This document shows, one piece after another, positions 20,838-28,987 of a DNA stretch of 64,000 nucleotides. The stretch's first letter is position 1, and every line of letters begins with the position of its first letter. Where the stretch lies: assembly GCA_965205505.1 (NCBI GenBank), contig CBDBHB010000009.1, forward strand, positions 1,760,001 to 1,824,000, given 5' to 3'. The notes beneath the pieces are model-generated. The model was not told the origin of the DNA and did no database searches. It saw nothing but the letters and a program-made list of their open reading frames with translations. The translations under genes were made by a program, and so were the position numbers. This stretch comes from Acidobacteriota bacterium. GTDB lineage: Bacteria > Acidobacteriota > UBA890 > WLXD01.

Positions 20838-22039
20838 TCGCCCTCTGAGATGCGCCGCGCGCCCAGAGTGCGCAGCCGCAGTGCGCGCAGCCGGATGAAG
20901 CCGGTGGCATCGCTCTGGTCGTAAACGTCGTCGGCCTCGAAGGTTACCGTAGCCTTGTCGTAGAGCGTACGGGTAGCCGAGCGCCGCCCAACGATCGTGG
21001 CGGCGCCCTTGTACAGCTTCAGACGCCCGTCACCAGTCACGCGTTCCTGCACCGAGTCCATGAACTGTTGCAGGGCCTCGCGCTCGGGGCTGAACCAGAG
21101 GCCGTTGTATACCATCTCGGCGTAGCGCGGCACGAGCTCGTCGCGCAGGTGCTGCACCTCACGGTCGAGCGTAATCGACTCGACGGCGCGATGAGCGTGC
21201 ATGAGCAACGTCATGCCGGGAGTTTCGTAGACGCCACGGCTCTTCATACCCAGAAAGCGGTTTTCAACCATGTCCACGCGGCCGACGCCGTGGCGTCCAC
21301 CGATCTCGTTGGCGCGCTCCACCAGAGCTACCGGCGGAAGCTCCTCGGCGTTGATGGCGACGGGCACTCCCTCGTGGAACGAGATTTCGACGTATTCAGG
21401 CTCGTCCGGTGCGTTCTCGGGGTCGGTAGTCATGCGGAACATGCCGGGTGGCGACGCGGCCCACGGGTCCTCGAGCACGCCACCTTCGTAGGAAATGTGC
21501 ATGAGGTTGGCGTCCATCGAGTACTCAGGCCGGGGCGCCGCCGATAGATCGATCCCGTGTTCCCGAGCGTAGCTGATTAGGTCGGAGCGTCCTTTGAAGC
21601 TCCATTCGCGCCACGGGGCAATGACTTTGATGTCCGGCTTGAGCGCGTATGCCGCCATCTCGAAGCGGATCTGGTCGTTGCCCTTGCCGGTGGCGCCGTG
21701 CGCGATGGCCTCGGCGCCGTGCTTCTCGGCTGCGCGCACAAGGCCGCGGGCAATTACCGGCCGCGCCAACGCGGTACCCATGAGGTAGTACCACTCGTAG
21801 ACCGCGTTGGCGCGCAGCGCGGGGAAGATGCAATCGGTGACGAATTCCTCGCGCAGGTCGTCGATCTCGATCGCGCTCGCGCCTGTGCGCTTGGCGGCCA
21901 GGCGCGCATTGCTTACCTCTTCGCTACCCTGGCCGACATCCCCCGTATAGGCGATCACCTCGGCATCATACTTCTCCTGAATCCACCGCAGGATGACCGA
22001 CGTGTCGAGCCCTCCCGAGTACGCCAGCACGACTTTCAT
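20834..22039 (-). CDS. argG: argininosuccinate synthase
   Basis: [29 protein letters not shown]. Confidence 0.97.
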   Translation of the reverse strand: MKVVLAYSGGLDTSVILRWIQEKYDAEVIAYTGDVGQGSEEVSNARLAAKRTGASAIEIDDLREEFVTDCIFPALRANAVYEWYYLMGTALARPVIARGLVRAAEKHGAEAIAHGATGKGNDQIRFEMAAYALKPDIKVIAPWREWSFKGRSDLISYAREHGIDLSAAPRPEYSMDANLMHISYEGGVLEDPWAASPPGMFRMTTDPENAPDEPEYVEISFHEGVPVAINAEELPPVALVERANEIGGRHGVGRVDMVENRFLGMKSRGVYETPGMTLLMHAHRAVESITLDREVQHLRDELVPRYAEMVYNGLWFSPEREALQQFMDSVQERVTGDGRLKLYKGAATIVGRRSATRTLYDKATVTFEADDVYDQSDATGFIRLRALRLRTLGARRISEGE

Positions 22040-22040
22040 G

Positions 22041-22514
22041 TCAGGCCTCCAGTATCGATTCGAGTTTACGCGCGAGCCGGCTGCCGCCTCTGGCGGACCG
22101 GGTCACGATGAGCAGGGTGTCGTCGCCAGCTACGGTTCCGAGGACCTCGGGCAGGCGGCCGCGATCGCGGGTATCGTCGAGCGCCACACCAACGGCGTGG
22201 GCGCCGCCAGGAGGTGTGCGGATGACCACGATGTTGGCGGAGCTAGAGATCTCGTGGACGAATTGTCGGAATCGATCGTGAAGCTCGTCGGCTTGGACCG
22301 CGGTTGCGACCAGCCGGTAGATCGTGCTGGCGCCGTCGAGCGATTCCCGTACGGCTCCGATGGCAGAGAGATCGCGCGACACCGTTGCCTGGCTGACGGT
22401 GTGGCCGCGGATCCCCAGAAGGCGAAGGAACTCCTCTTGCGAGGAGATCTCCTGGCGCGCGATCAGGCGACGTAAGAGGAGACGGCGGTGGGCAGCGTTG
22501 GTGCGAGTCGGCAT
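22041..22514 (-). CDS. argR: arginine repressor
   Basis: [21 protein letters not shown]. Confidence 0.95.
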   Translation of the reverse strand: MPTRTNAAHRRLLLRRLIARQEISSQEEFLRLLGIRGHTVSQATVSRDLSAIGAVRESLDGASTIYRLVATAVQADELHDRFRQFVHEISSSANIVVIRTPPGGAHAVGVALDDTRDRGRLPEVLGTVAGDDTLLIVTRSARGGSRLARKLESILEA

Positions 22515-22525
22515 GGAGAATCATG

Positions 22526-22563
22526 GTTCTAAGAAAATTCACATATGCGCATATTACTGCAAG
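22526..22563 (-). promoter_or_regulatory. putative tandem ARG boxes / arg promoter
   Basis: AT-rich CTTGCAGTAATATGCGCA-ta-TGTGAATTTTCTTAGAAC directly upstream of argR, resembling TGnATnnnnATnCA. Confidence 0.5.
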
Positions 22564-22875
22564 ATCACGGCAACTGTCTCCGGGAGATCTCGCTCTTGCC
22601 AGTTGAAGTACTTGTGGGCGCCTCTTTATCTGCGGTGTCAGTTTCCGCCGTCCGCATAACGTACCTGCTAACACGGTACTGTCGAGTTAACCGGCAGCGT
22701 AGCAGGGGCGCTCGAGTCAATGCGGCGAGAGCGCTGGTGCATCACACGACCGTGCGAGAGGGGAGAGAGGCCAGTGAGCGAGTGCCCGATCCTGGACGCC
22801 ATCGGACGAGGTGGGTCGTTCGGAGGCTGCGCCGCGGCGGAAAGGCAGCGGAACAGCTTGAACGGCAACGCGATC

Positions 22876-23800
22876 ATGTCACGACCGGCAATGTACGCAT
22901 TGATGGCGCTGACCCTTGTTTGGCCGGGGGAGGCGAGCGCCCAGATCTTCTGGCCTGGGGCGCGAGCGGAGTTCATCTCCGGATTCGGCATCCGCACCGT
23001 GGCGAGCTTCCTGCAGGCCAACGACATGCTGAGCGGCAGGACGCAGGTCCCCGACCCTCTAGGGCGTAGGTTCAAAGCACAGACGGTCTCGATGGCCGTG
23101 GTCTACGGGTTGCACCGAAAGGTCAGCTTGATCGGCGTATTCCCGTTACTCGACTAAGGAGATGCGAATCGACAGCCCGACCGGCGCAGAGCGTCTTGGC
23201 GCCGGCCTGCGCTTCGGCGACGCGACCTTCCTGGTCAAGTGGCGCCTCCTGAAGAGGGATCGCGGCAGAGGAGGAGTCCAGCTGTCGTTTCAGGGTGGTG
23301 TCAAGACTCCGACGGGTCGCGACGACGCACCCGATTCATCGAACGGGCAGTTGTTGTCGCCGCCGCTTCAACGTGGGACTGGATCGTGGGACCCGACCGC
23401 CGATTTCATCACCAGCTACGTGACCCCTTCCGCCCGCTGGTTTTTCACTGCCAGTGTCGGTGCCTCGCTCAGCACGGAGGGCAACGATTTCAAGCCTGGC
23501 GACCGGTTCCGCTACGATGCGATGGTCAAGACACGGATCTCGTCATTGCGCTCCCGCGACCTCTTCTTGCTGCTGGAGCTCAACGGTCGTTGGCAGGGGC
23601 GCTGGCGCGCTGGCGACGAGGAAATCGACAGTTCCGGCGGAACCCTCCTGTACCTTTCCCCTGGAGTCCAGTACCTGCCGCGTCCCAACCTCGTCGTCGA
23701 GGCCGGCGTGCAGCTCCCCGCTGTTCGCTACCTCAACGGCACGCAGTTGGCGCCGAGTATCAACCTGCTATTCGGGCTGCGCTACATCATCCTTCCGTGA
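22876..23800 (+). CDS. outer-membrane beta-barrel transporter-like protein (MetA/phenol-degradation-like), +1 frameshift near 23155
   Basis: signal peptide; GD....KWR, GVKTPTG, QRGTGSWD, SGG..LYLSPGVQY, C-terminal FGLRY; removing one T in GACTAAGGAG joins both ORFs. Confidence 0.7.
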
Positions 23801-23832
23801 AGGACAGACGTCTCGATTCAAGGAGTGTCGAT

Positions 23833-24390
23833 ATGAGCTATCAAACCGAAAGTCGGAGTTTCCTTGCCGTCGGCGTCGTGCTGCTCTGCGCGATGCTCGT
23901 CGCCACGCCTGCCGCCGCCCAGGTCATCAAGGCGGAGGTCGGTGTCGACGGCATGACGTGAGGGCTGTGAGCCTACGGGATCAATCGATCCCTACAACGC
24001 CTGGAAGGCGTTGCCGACACGAAGGAAGACCTGGAGCGAAGGCTGATCACCGTGACCTTCGTGCCCGACGCGAAGTTCGATCCCTCGGAGCTCGAAGCGA
24101 GCGTGACCGCGATCGATTTCACGCCGACTGGCGTGACGGTTTGGCTGCGGGGTACTGCGGACACGAATGATCTGCCGGCGATCGCCACGAACCAGACGGC
24201 AGCGTGGCTAGTGAACGAGAGCAGTGGGCAGCGGTTCTTGCTCGTCGCCGCCGATGAGCCAGGCAGGGAGGCACTTGCAGCGTTCAAGGTCGCACCGCCC
24301 GGGTCGGTGACGCTCTACGGTCGAGCCACCCGAGCCGACGACAAGGCCCCGGTCAGCGTACAGGTAGAAGGGAGCAGCAGCGACGAATGA
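23833..24390 (+). CDS. probable exported HMA-domain selenoprotein with UxxU (TGA 23959-61 and 23968-70)
   Basis: AGGAG RBS, signal peptide ending PAAA, VGVDGMT-TGA-GL-TGA-AYGINRSLQRLEGV..ITVTF in one frame continuing to the stop at 24390; 185 aa. Confidence 0.85.
23977..24013 (+). promoter_or_regulatory. tandem hairpins, candidate SECIS element(s)
   Basis: GGGATC-AATC-GATCCC (23977-92) and CAACGCCT-GGA-AGGCGTTG (23995-24013). Confidence 0.55.
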
Positions 24391-25400
24391 GGCCTTCGCG
24401 CTCGGCGCGTTTGGTGATTGCTGCCGGGGTCCTGACGGGTTCCGTCGGCACGCTCGGCCAGGCGCTCGTCGGCACGCTCGAGCTCGAGGCCGAGTGGACA
24501 GAAGCCGGCCCCGAGGGTAGCTCCCTCGATCACCCCATGGGCATTGCTGTCGGCGCGTCGGGGCGGGTGATGGTCGCCGACGGTGCCTCGCGGATCGTCG
24601 TTTACGACGCCGACGGCACGCCGATCGACCAATGGCCGTTGCCCGCGGGAACGCGGCCGGTCGGCGTGGCGGAACGTCCCGACGGGACGATCTTGGTGAC
24701 CGACTACACCGGCGATCGCCTGCTACTGCTCGACCGCGACGGCGAGCTGCTCGAGGTATGGGGAGGACGAGGAACCGGTGCCGGTCAGTTCCAGGCTCCC
24801 AGCGGCGTGGCGGTCACGCCGACGGGTAACGTCGTCGTCGTGGAGTTCATGGGCCAGCGCGTCCAGGAGCTCGACGCCAAGGGCAATTTCATCCGCTTCA
24901 TCGACGGCGGCGACTCCGCTCGACTCTACGCTCAGAACCGCCCGTCGGTCCCCGGGATGGAGGAGACGAAGATGTCGATGACAGCCACACTGGGCGATCC
25001 CCACGACCTGTTCGTCTTCCCCAGCGACGCTGCCGTCGGCCCGGACGACACGCTCTATGTCAGCAACACCCACGCCTACGAGATCCTCGTGTTCGAGCCC
25101 GACCGCACCCTTCGCGAGGCCTGGGGACGCAAGGGAGCGGAGGCCGGCGAGTGGGAAGTTCCCGTAGGCCTCGCAACCGACGCGGAGGGCAATCTGTTCG
25201 TCGCCGACAGCGCCAACTTTCGAGTCCAGGGCCTCGACCCGGCCGGCCAAGTCTTTCTCGTGTCCCGGGCCGACGAGCGCTGGTACCGCAGCACGCGGCG
25301 CATCTACTCGCCCGCCGACATCGATGTCGATTCCGAAGGCCGCCTCTACGTCGCCGATTTCGCCGCCTCCCGGGTGCAGCGTTTCGCCAGAGGTTCCTGA
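24387..25400 (+). CDS. exported NHL-repeat beta-propeller protein
   Basis: repeats HPMGIAV, APSGVAV, VPVGLATD..GNLFVADSANFRVQ; ATGA-coupled to the HMA gene. Confidence 0.85.
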   Translation: MRPSRSARLVIAAGVLTGSVGTLGQALVGTLELEAEWTEAGPEGSSLDHPMGIAVGASGRVMVADGASRIVVYDADGTPIDQWPLPAGTRPVGVAERPDGTILVTDYTGDRLLLLDRDGELLEVWGGRGTGAGQFQAPSGVAVTPTGNVVVVEFMGQRVQELDAKGNFIRFIDGGDSARLYAQNRPSVPGMEETKMSMTATLGDPHDLFVFPSDAAVGPDDTLYVSNTHAYEILVFEPDRTLREAWGRKGAEAGEWEVPVGLATDAEGNLFVADSANFRVQGLDPAGQVFLVSRADERWYRSTRRIYSPADIDVDSEGRLYVADFAASRVQRFARGS

Positions 25401-25493
25401 CCCAGGTCATCGCCGTCGGCGACGGAATCCTCGGTGCCAGGCGAAGAAAACGAGGCTCTCAGACATCCAATCTGCACCGACAAGGAGGCCATC

Positions 25494-25994
25494 ATGAAAC
25501 CCTGGACCAAGGTCGTGCTACTGGCTTTCGTGGCGCTGGGTGTCGCCCGCTCCGTGGCCGCCGAAGTTCATGCGGTTGAAGTCACGCTGTTCCTGCCTTG
25601 CAACCGGGAGACCGCCCAGGAGGCGATCTCCGCCCTGCGAGATGTCGCCGGGGTCGAGGAGGTTCTCGCAGCCGAGGGTGATCTCCGCGTCCGGGTGATT
25701 ACCGGGGTCCACTTCGTCGATCACCCGCTCACCCTCGTGCAGGTGCTCTGGGACATGAAGCTCTACCCGAATCGCATCTACATCGAAGCCACTAGCGTGC
25801 GACTAGCGGCGTCGACCTCGGATTGGATCCGTTTAGTCGGCTCTGACCAGGTCTTCGCAGTGAAGGATATGGACCGGTTCGATTCTGTCGACGAGCCGGT
25901 GCGCTTCCGCGCCGAAGTGCTCGACTGGATCGAAGATCGCCCGGCACGGCCATCTGCGCCCTACACTCTCCGGGTTCTGGAGACAAAGTCGTAG
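25494..25994 (+). CDS. exported degenerate HMA-like protein (single Cys)
   Basis: AAGGAGG RBS, signal peptide, VEVTLFLPCNRE..ISALRDVAGVEEV. Confidence 0.6.
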   Translation: MKPWTKVVLLAFVALGVARSVAAEVHAVEVTLFLPCNRETAQEAISALRDVAGVEEVLAAEGDLRVRVITGVHFVDHPLTLVQVLWDMKLYPNRIYIEATSVRLAASTSDWIRLVGSDQVFAVKDMDRFDSVDEPVRFRAEVLDWIEDRPARPSAPYTLRVLETKS

Positions 25995-26143
25995 CGGATA
26001 CCGCTTGACCTGTATGGCGCCCCTGGTCGGTGAGCAGGGCGGCGAGGGCAGCGCCGAAGAAGGCTGATGGCGCCGCAGAGCATAGAATGTGGAACCATGG
26101 CGTTGTCGATTGCCCCACAGATCAACTCCCGGACCCACTCCCG

Positions 26144-26455
26144 ATGACCGTCCAAGATCTCGTCGCCCGCTTCCCCGAGATTCCGGCGGACCTACATCGG
26201 GAACCGCTGCTGGCGCAATTCGCCGACACCTTCGGCGATCTGCTCGCAGTCGCCATAGATCCGAGCGCCTGCGCCGCCGAGTACGGCGACCCCAACCACT
26301 ACTACCTGGGCTTGATCGGCCCGCTCAAGATCTACATGTACGGGCTATCGACCAAGGAGACGGCGTTGGAGCATCTGCGCGACATGCTGCAGCGTCGCTC
26401 TGCCGACTACGACGGCTTCGCCGCCAGCCTGATCGCCGAGCGCACGGCGAGGTAG
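26144..26455 (+). CDS. hypothetical protein
   Basis: high GC3 ORF MTVQDLVARFPEIP..PSAC..NHYYL. Confidence 0.6.
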   Translation: MTVQDLVARFPEIPADLHREPLLAQFADTFGDLLAVAIDPSACAAEYGDPNHYYLGLIGPLKIYMYGLSTKETALEHLRDMLQRRSADYDGFAASLIAERTAR

Positions 26456-26471
26456 GGGAGGCCACTAGGTC

Positions 26472-27284
26472 TCAGCGGAGTCGGCGACGAATCGCGACGC
26501 TGCCCTGTTCTACCAGTACGACGATCACCAGGATCACCAGCGTCAGGGTGGCTACCCGCGTGTATCGGAAGGAGCGGATGTAGAGCTGAATGTAGAAGCC
26601 GATGCCGCCCGCACCGACGAGGCCCAGGACCAGCGATTCGCGTAGGTTCAACTCGAAGCGGAACAGTGTGTCGCGAGCCAGATCGGGCGCTACCTGCGTG
26701 AGAACACCGTAGCGTACGCGCTGCAGCCAGTTGGCGCCGGCGGAGTCGAGCGCTTCGATGGGGCCCGGCCGGGCGCTCTCGAAGGCGTCGGCGTAGAACT
26801 TGGCCAGCATGCCGACGGAGTGCACGGCTACGGCGAGCACGCCGGGTACGGGTCCCAAGCCAAGCGCAGCAACGAACATCAGCGCCAGCAGCAGCAGTGG
26901 AATACCGCGCAGCATCGCCAGAACCCAGCGCACCGGCTGGTGGATCCACGCCGGCGTCAGGTTCGCCGCCGCTAACAACGCCGGCGGTATCGACAGAACG
27001 ATGGCCAAGAACGTCCCGAGCACGGCGATCTGGAGTGTCTCGGCCGTCGATCTCATCGCCACTTCGAGTGCCGATAGATCGGGTGGAGTCATGCGGTCCA
27101 AGAACTCGATCAGTGGCGCGAGGCTGCCGCCGAGGCGGCCGAGCTCGAAGCCAGTACCGTGCCACGCCCAAGCGACCACCACCGCCAGAGCAATTATCCC
27201 GGTGGAGCGACGGAGCGTCGTGCCCAGACCCTGTTCGGGTGGCGCAGGGGAAGCAGGACTGGCCGGGTGGGCCGCAGACCTCAT
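26472..27284 (-). CDS. phnE: phosphonate/phosphite-type ABC permease
   Basis: PPD, ETLQIA, GMLAKFYA, RFELNLRES..LGLVGAGGIG. Confidence 0.88.
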   Translation of the reverse strand: MRSAAHPASPASPAPPEQGLGTTLRRSTGIIALAVVVAWAWHGTGFELGRLGGSLAPLIEFLDRMTPPDLSALEVAMRSTAETLQIAVLGTFLAIVLSIPPALLAAANLTPAWIHQPVRWVLAMLRGIPLLLLALMFVAALGLGPVPGVLAVAVHSVGMLAKFYADAFESARPGPIEALDSAGANWLQRVRYGVLTQVAPDLARDTLFRFELNLRESLVLGLVGAGGIGFYIQLYIRSFRYTRVATLTLVILVIVVLVEQGSVAIRRRLR

Positions 27285-28072
27285 TGTGTAATCTCCGGCG
27301 CCGGCGGTGGCTGTTCAGATCCGTAGATCGAGGCGATGGCCGTGTCGTCCAGAGCCAACGCGGCGCCGTCCCAAACCACGCCGCCCGCTCGCAGCCCAAT
27401 TACCCGATCCGCGAAGCGCTTTGCCAGCGCTGGCAGGTGCAGGCTCATGACCAACGTCTTGCCGTGTCGCCGGGCGACCCCGACTAGCAACTCGACGATC
27501 TCCTCGGCGAGCACCGGATCGAGGCTCGACACCGGTTCGTCCGCGAGCACCAGCTCCGGCCGCTGCACAATGACGCGCGCAACACCGACCCGCTGCTGCT
27601 GACCGCCGCTCAAGGTATCGACGCGCTGTGTCGTCTGCGCGAGCAGATCGACCTCGGCAATGGCGTCCATGGCCAGACGTCGGTCGCTTTCGGGAAAGCG
27701 GCCAAGCAGCGCACCGAGGCCATGTTGGCGCCCGAGCGAACCCCAGAGGACGTTGTCGAACACGCTGGCGCGTTCGACAACGTTGAAACTCTGGAATACG
27801 AAGCCTACGCGCTGCCGTAGTACCCGGTCGCGCCGATCGGCGCCGCCGTCGGGCCCGAAGCGAGCTGGCGCGCCGAGCACCTCGAGCTCACCGCTCTGGG
27901 CGCGCACGTAGCCGTTGGCCAGTCGCAGAAGCGTCGTCTTGCCGGCGCCGCTGGGCCCGATGACGCAAACGATCTCCCCGGCGGCGACCTCCAGCGCGCG
28001 AACGTCGAGGACCGGCGGCCTGGAACCGTAGCGAACACGCAGATCGCGCAGGCGGAGTACCAAGTCAGACAC
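27281..28072 (-). CDS. phnC: phosphonate/phosphite-type ABC ATPase
   Basis: GPSGAGKT, LSGGQQQRVG, ADEPVSSLDP. Confidence 0.88.
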   Translation of the reverse strand: MSDLVLRLRDLRVRYGSRPPVLDVRALEVAAGEIVCVIGPSGAGKTTLLRLANGYVRAQSGELEVLGAPARFGPDGGADRRDRVLRQRVGFVFQSFNVVERASVFDNVLWGSLGRQHGLGALLGRFPESDRRLAMDAIAEVDLLAQTTQRVDTLSGGQQQRVGVARVIVQRPELVLADEPVSSLDPVLAEEIVELLVGVARRHGKTLVMSLHLPALAKRFADRVIGLRAGGVVWDGAALALDDTAIASIYGSEQPPPAPEITQ

Positions 28073-28959
28073 TAGTTCTGCAGATAGCCGTACTCGCGCG
28101 CCAGGGCCTCCACGCCCGCAAACGCGGCATGGTCGACCTCGACGTAGCCGTCGGGGCCGTACACGTACTGCAGCAGGTGCCGGTAATCGTCGTCGTTGAG
28201 CTTCAGCATGGCTCGCTTGAACGCCGCCACGACGCTCGGGTCGAGATCGCCCCGCGCGATGACGGCGTGCGAAGGGATGAGCTCCGATTCGGCGATCGAG
28301 GTCACCTCCAGTAACTGCTTGGGCGTTAACAGCAGCTCGGCGAACTGGCTGGCGCCGGCAGCGTCAACGTAGCCGTTCGCTACCGCCTGGATGGCCTGCT
28401 GGTAGCCGCCGGCGAAGTAGACCGAGCTGAAGAACGTCTGCGGGTCATCGCCGGGCGTCAGGAAGCCAGCTTCTGCGAACAGATCGAGCGGGTACAAATA
28501 GCCGGACTCCGAGATCGGATCGGCGAAGGCGATGCTCTGGCCACGCAAGTCGGCGAGATTGGTGATGCCGCTGTCGCGCCGCACGAACAGGCGCGCGCGA
28601 TACATCGGGCTGCCGCGATAGACCTCGGCGAGCACTACCTGGGCGCCGACGTGATGGTGCGCCAGGACGTAGGGCAGGGCACCCATGAACGAGATGTCGG
28701 CGGTGCCGTTGCGCAGCGCCTCAACCGCGGCAGCGTGGTCGAGCGTTACGTAACCGTCCACCTCCATTCCCATTTCCTCGGACAAGTAGCCGCCAATCAC
28801 CGAGATATCGTCGAGCAGTTTCTCGGGGTTTTCCTGTGGAATGAACGCCAGCGTCAACTTGTCCTGAGATATCGCCGACGCCTGGTCGGCCGGTTGCACC
28901 GCGCACAACGCCAGCGCGGTGGCTAGGATCGCCGTGGCATTCCGGAATCGTCGGTACAC
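28072..28959 (-). CDS. phnD: phosphate/phosphite/phosphonate ABC substrate-binding protein
   Basis: GAGGAGG RBS and GTG 28959, signal peptide, FIPQENPE, FADPISESGYLYP. Confidence 0.85.
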   Translation of the reverse strand: MYRRFRNATAILATALALCAVQPADQASAISQDKLTLAFIPQENPEKLLDDISVIGGYLSEEMGMEVDGYVTLDHAAAVEALRNGTADISFMGALPYVLAHHHVGAQVVLAEVYRGSPMYRARLFVRRDSGITNLADLRGQSIAFADPISESGYLYPLDLFAEAGFLTPGDDPQTFFSSVYFAGGYQQAIQAVANGYVDAAGASQFAELLLTPKQLLEVTSIAESELIPSHAVIARGDLDPSVVAAFKRAMLKLNDDDYRHLLQYVYGPDGYVEVDHAAFAGVEALAREYGYLQN

Positions 28960-28987
28960 AGTGTCCTCCTCGCCGCGTCGGTCGAGG

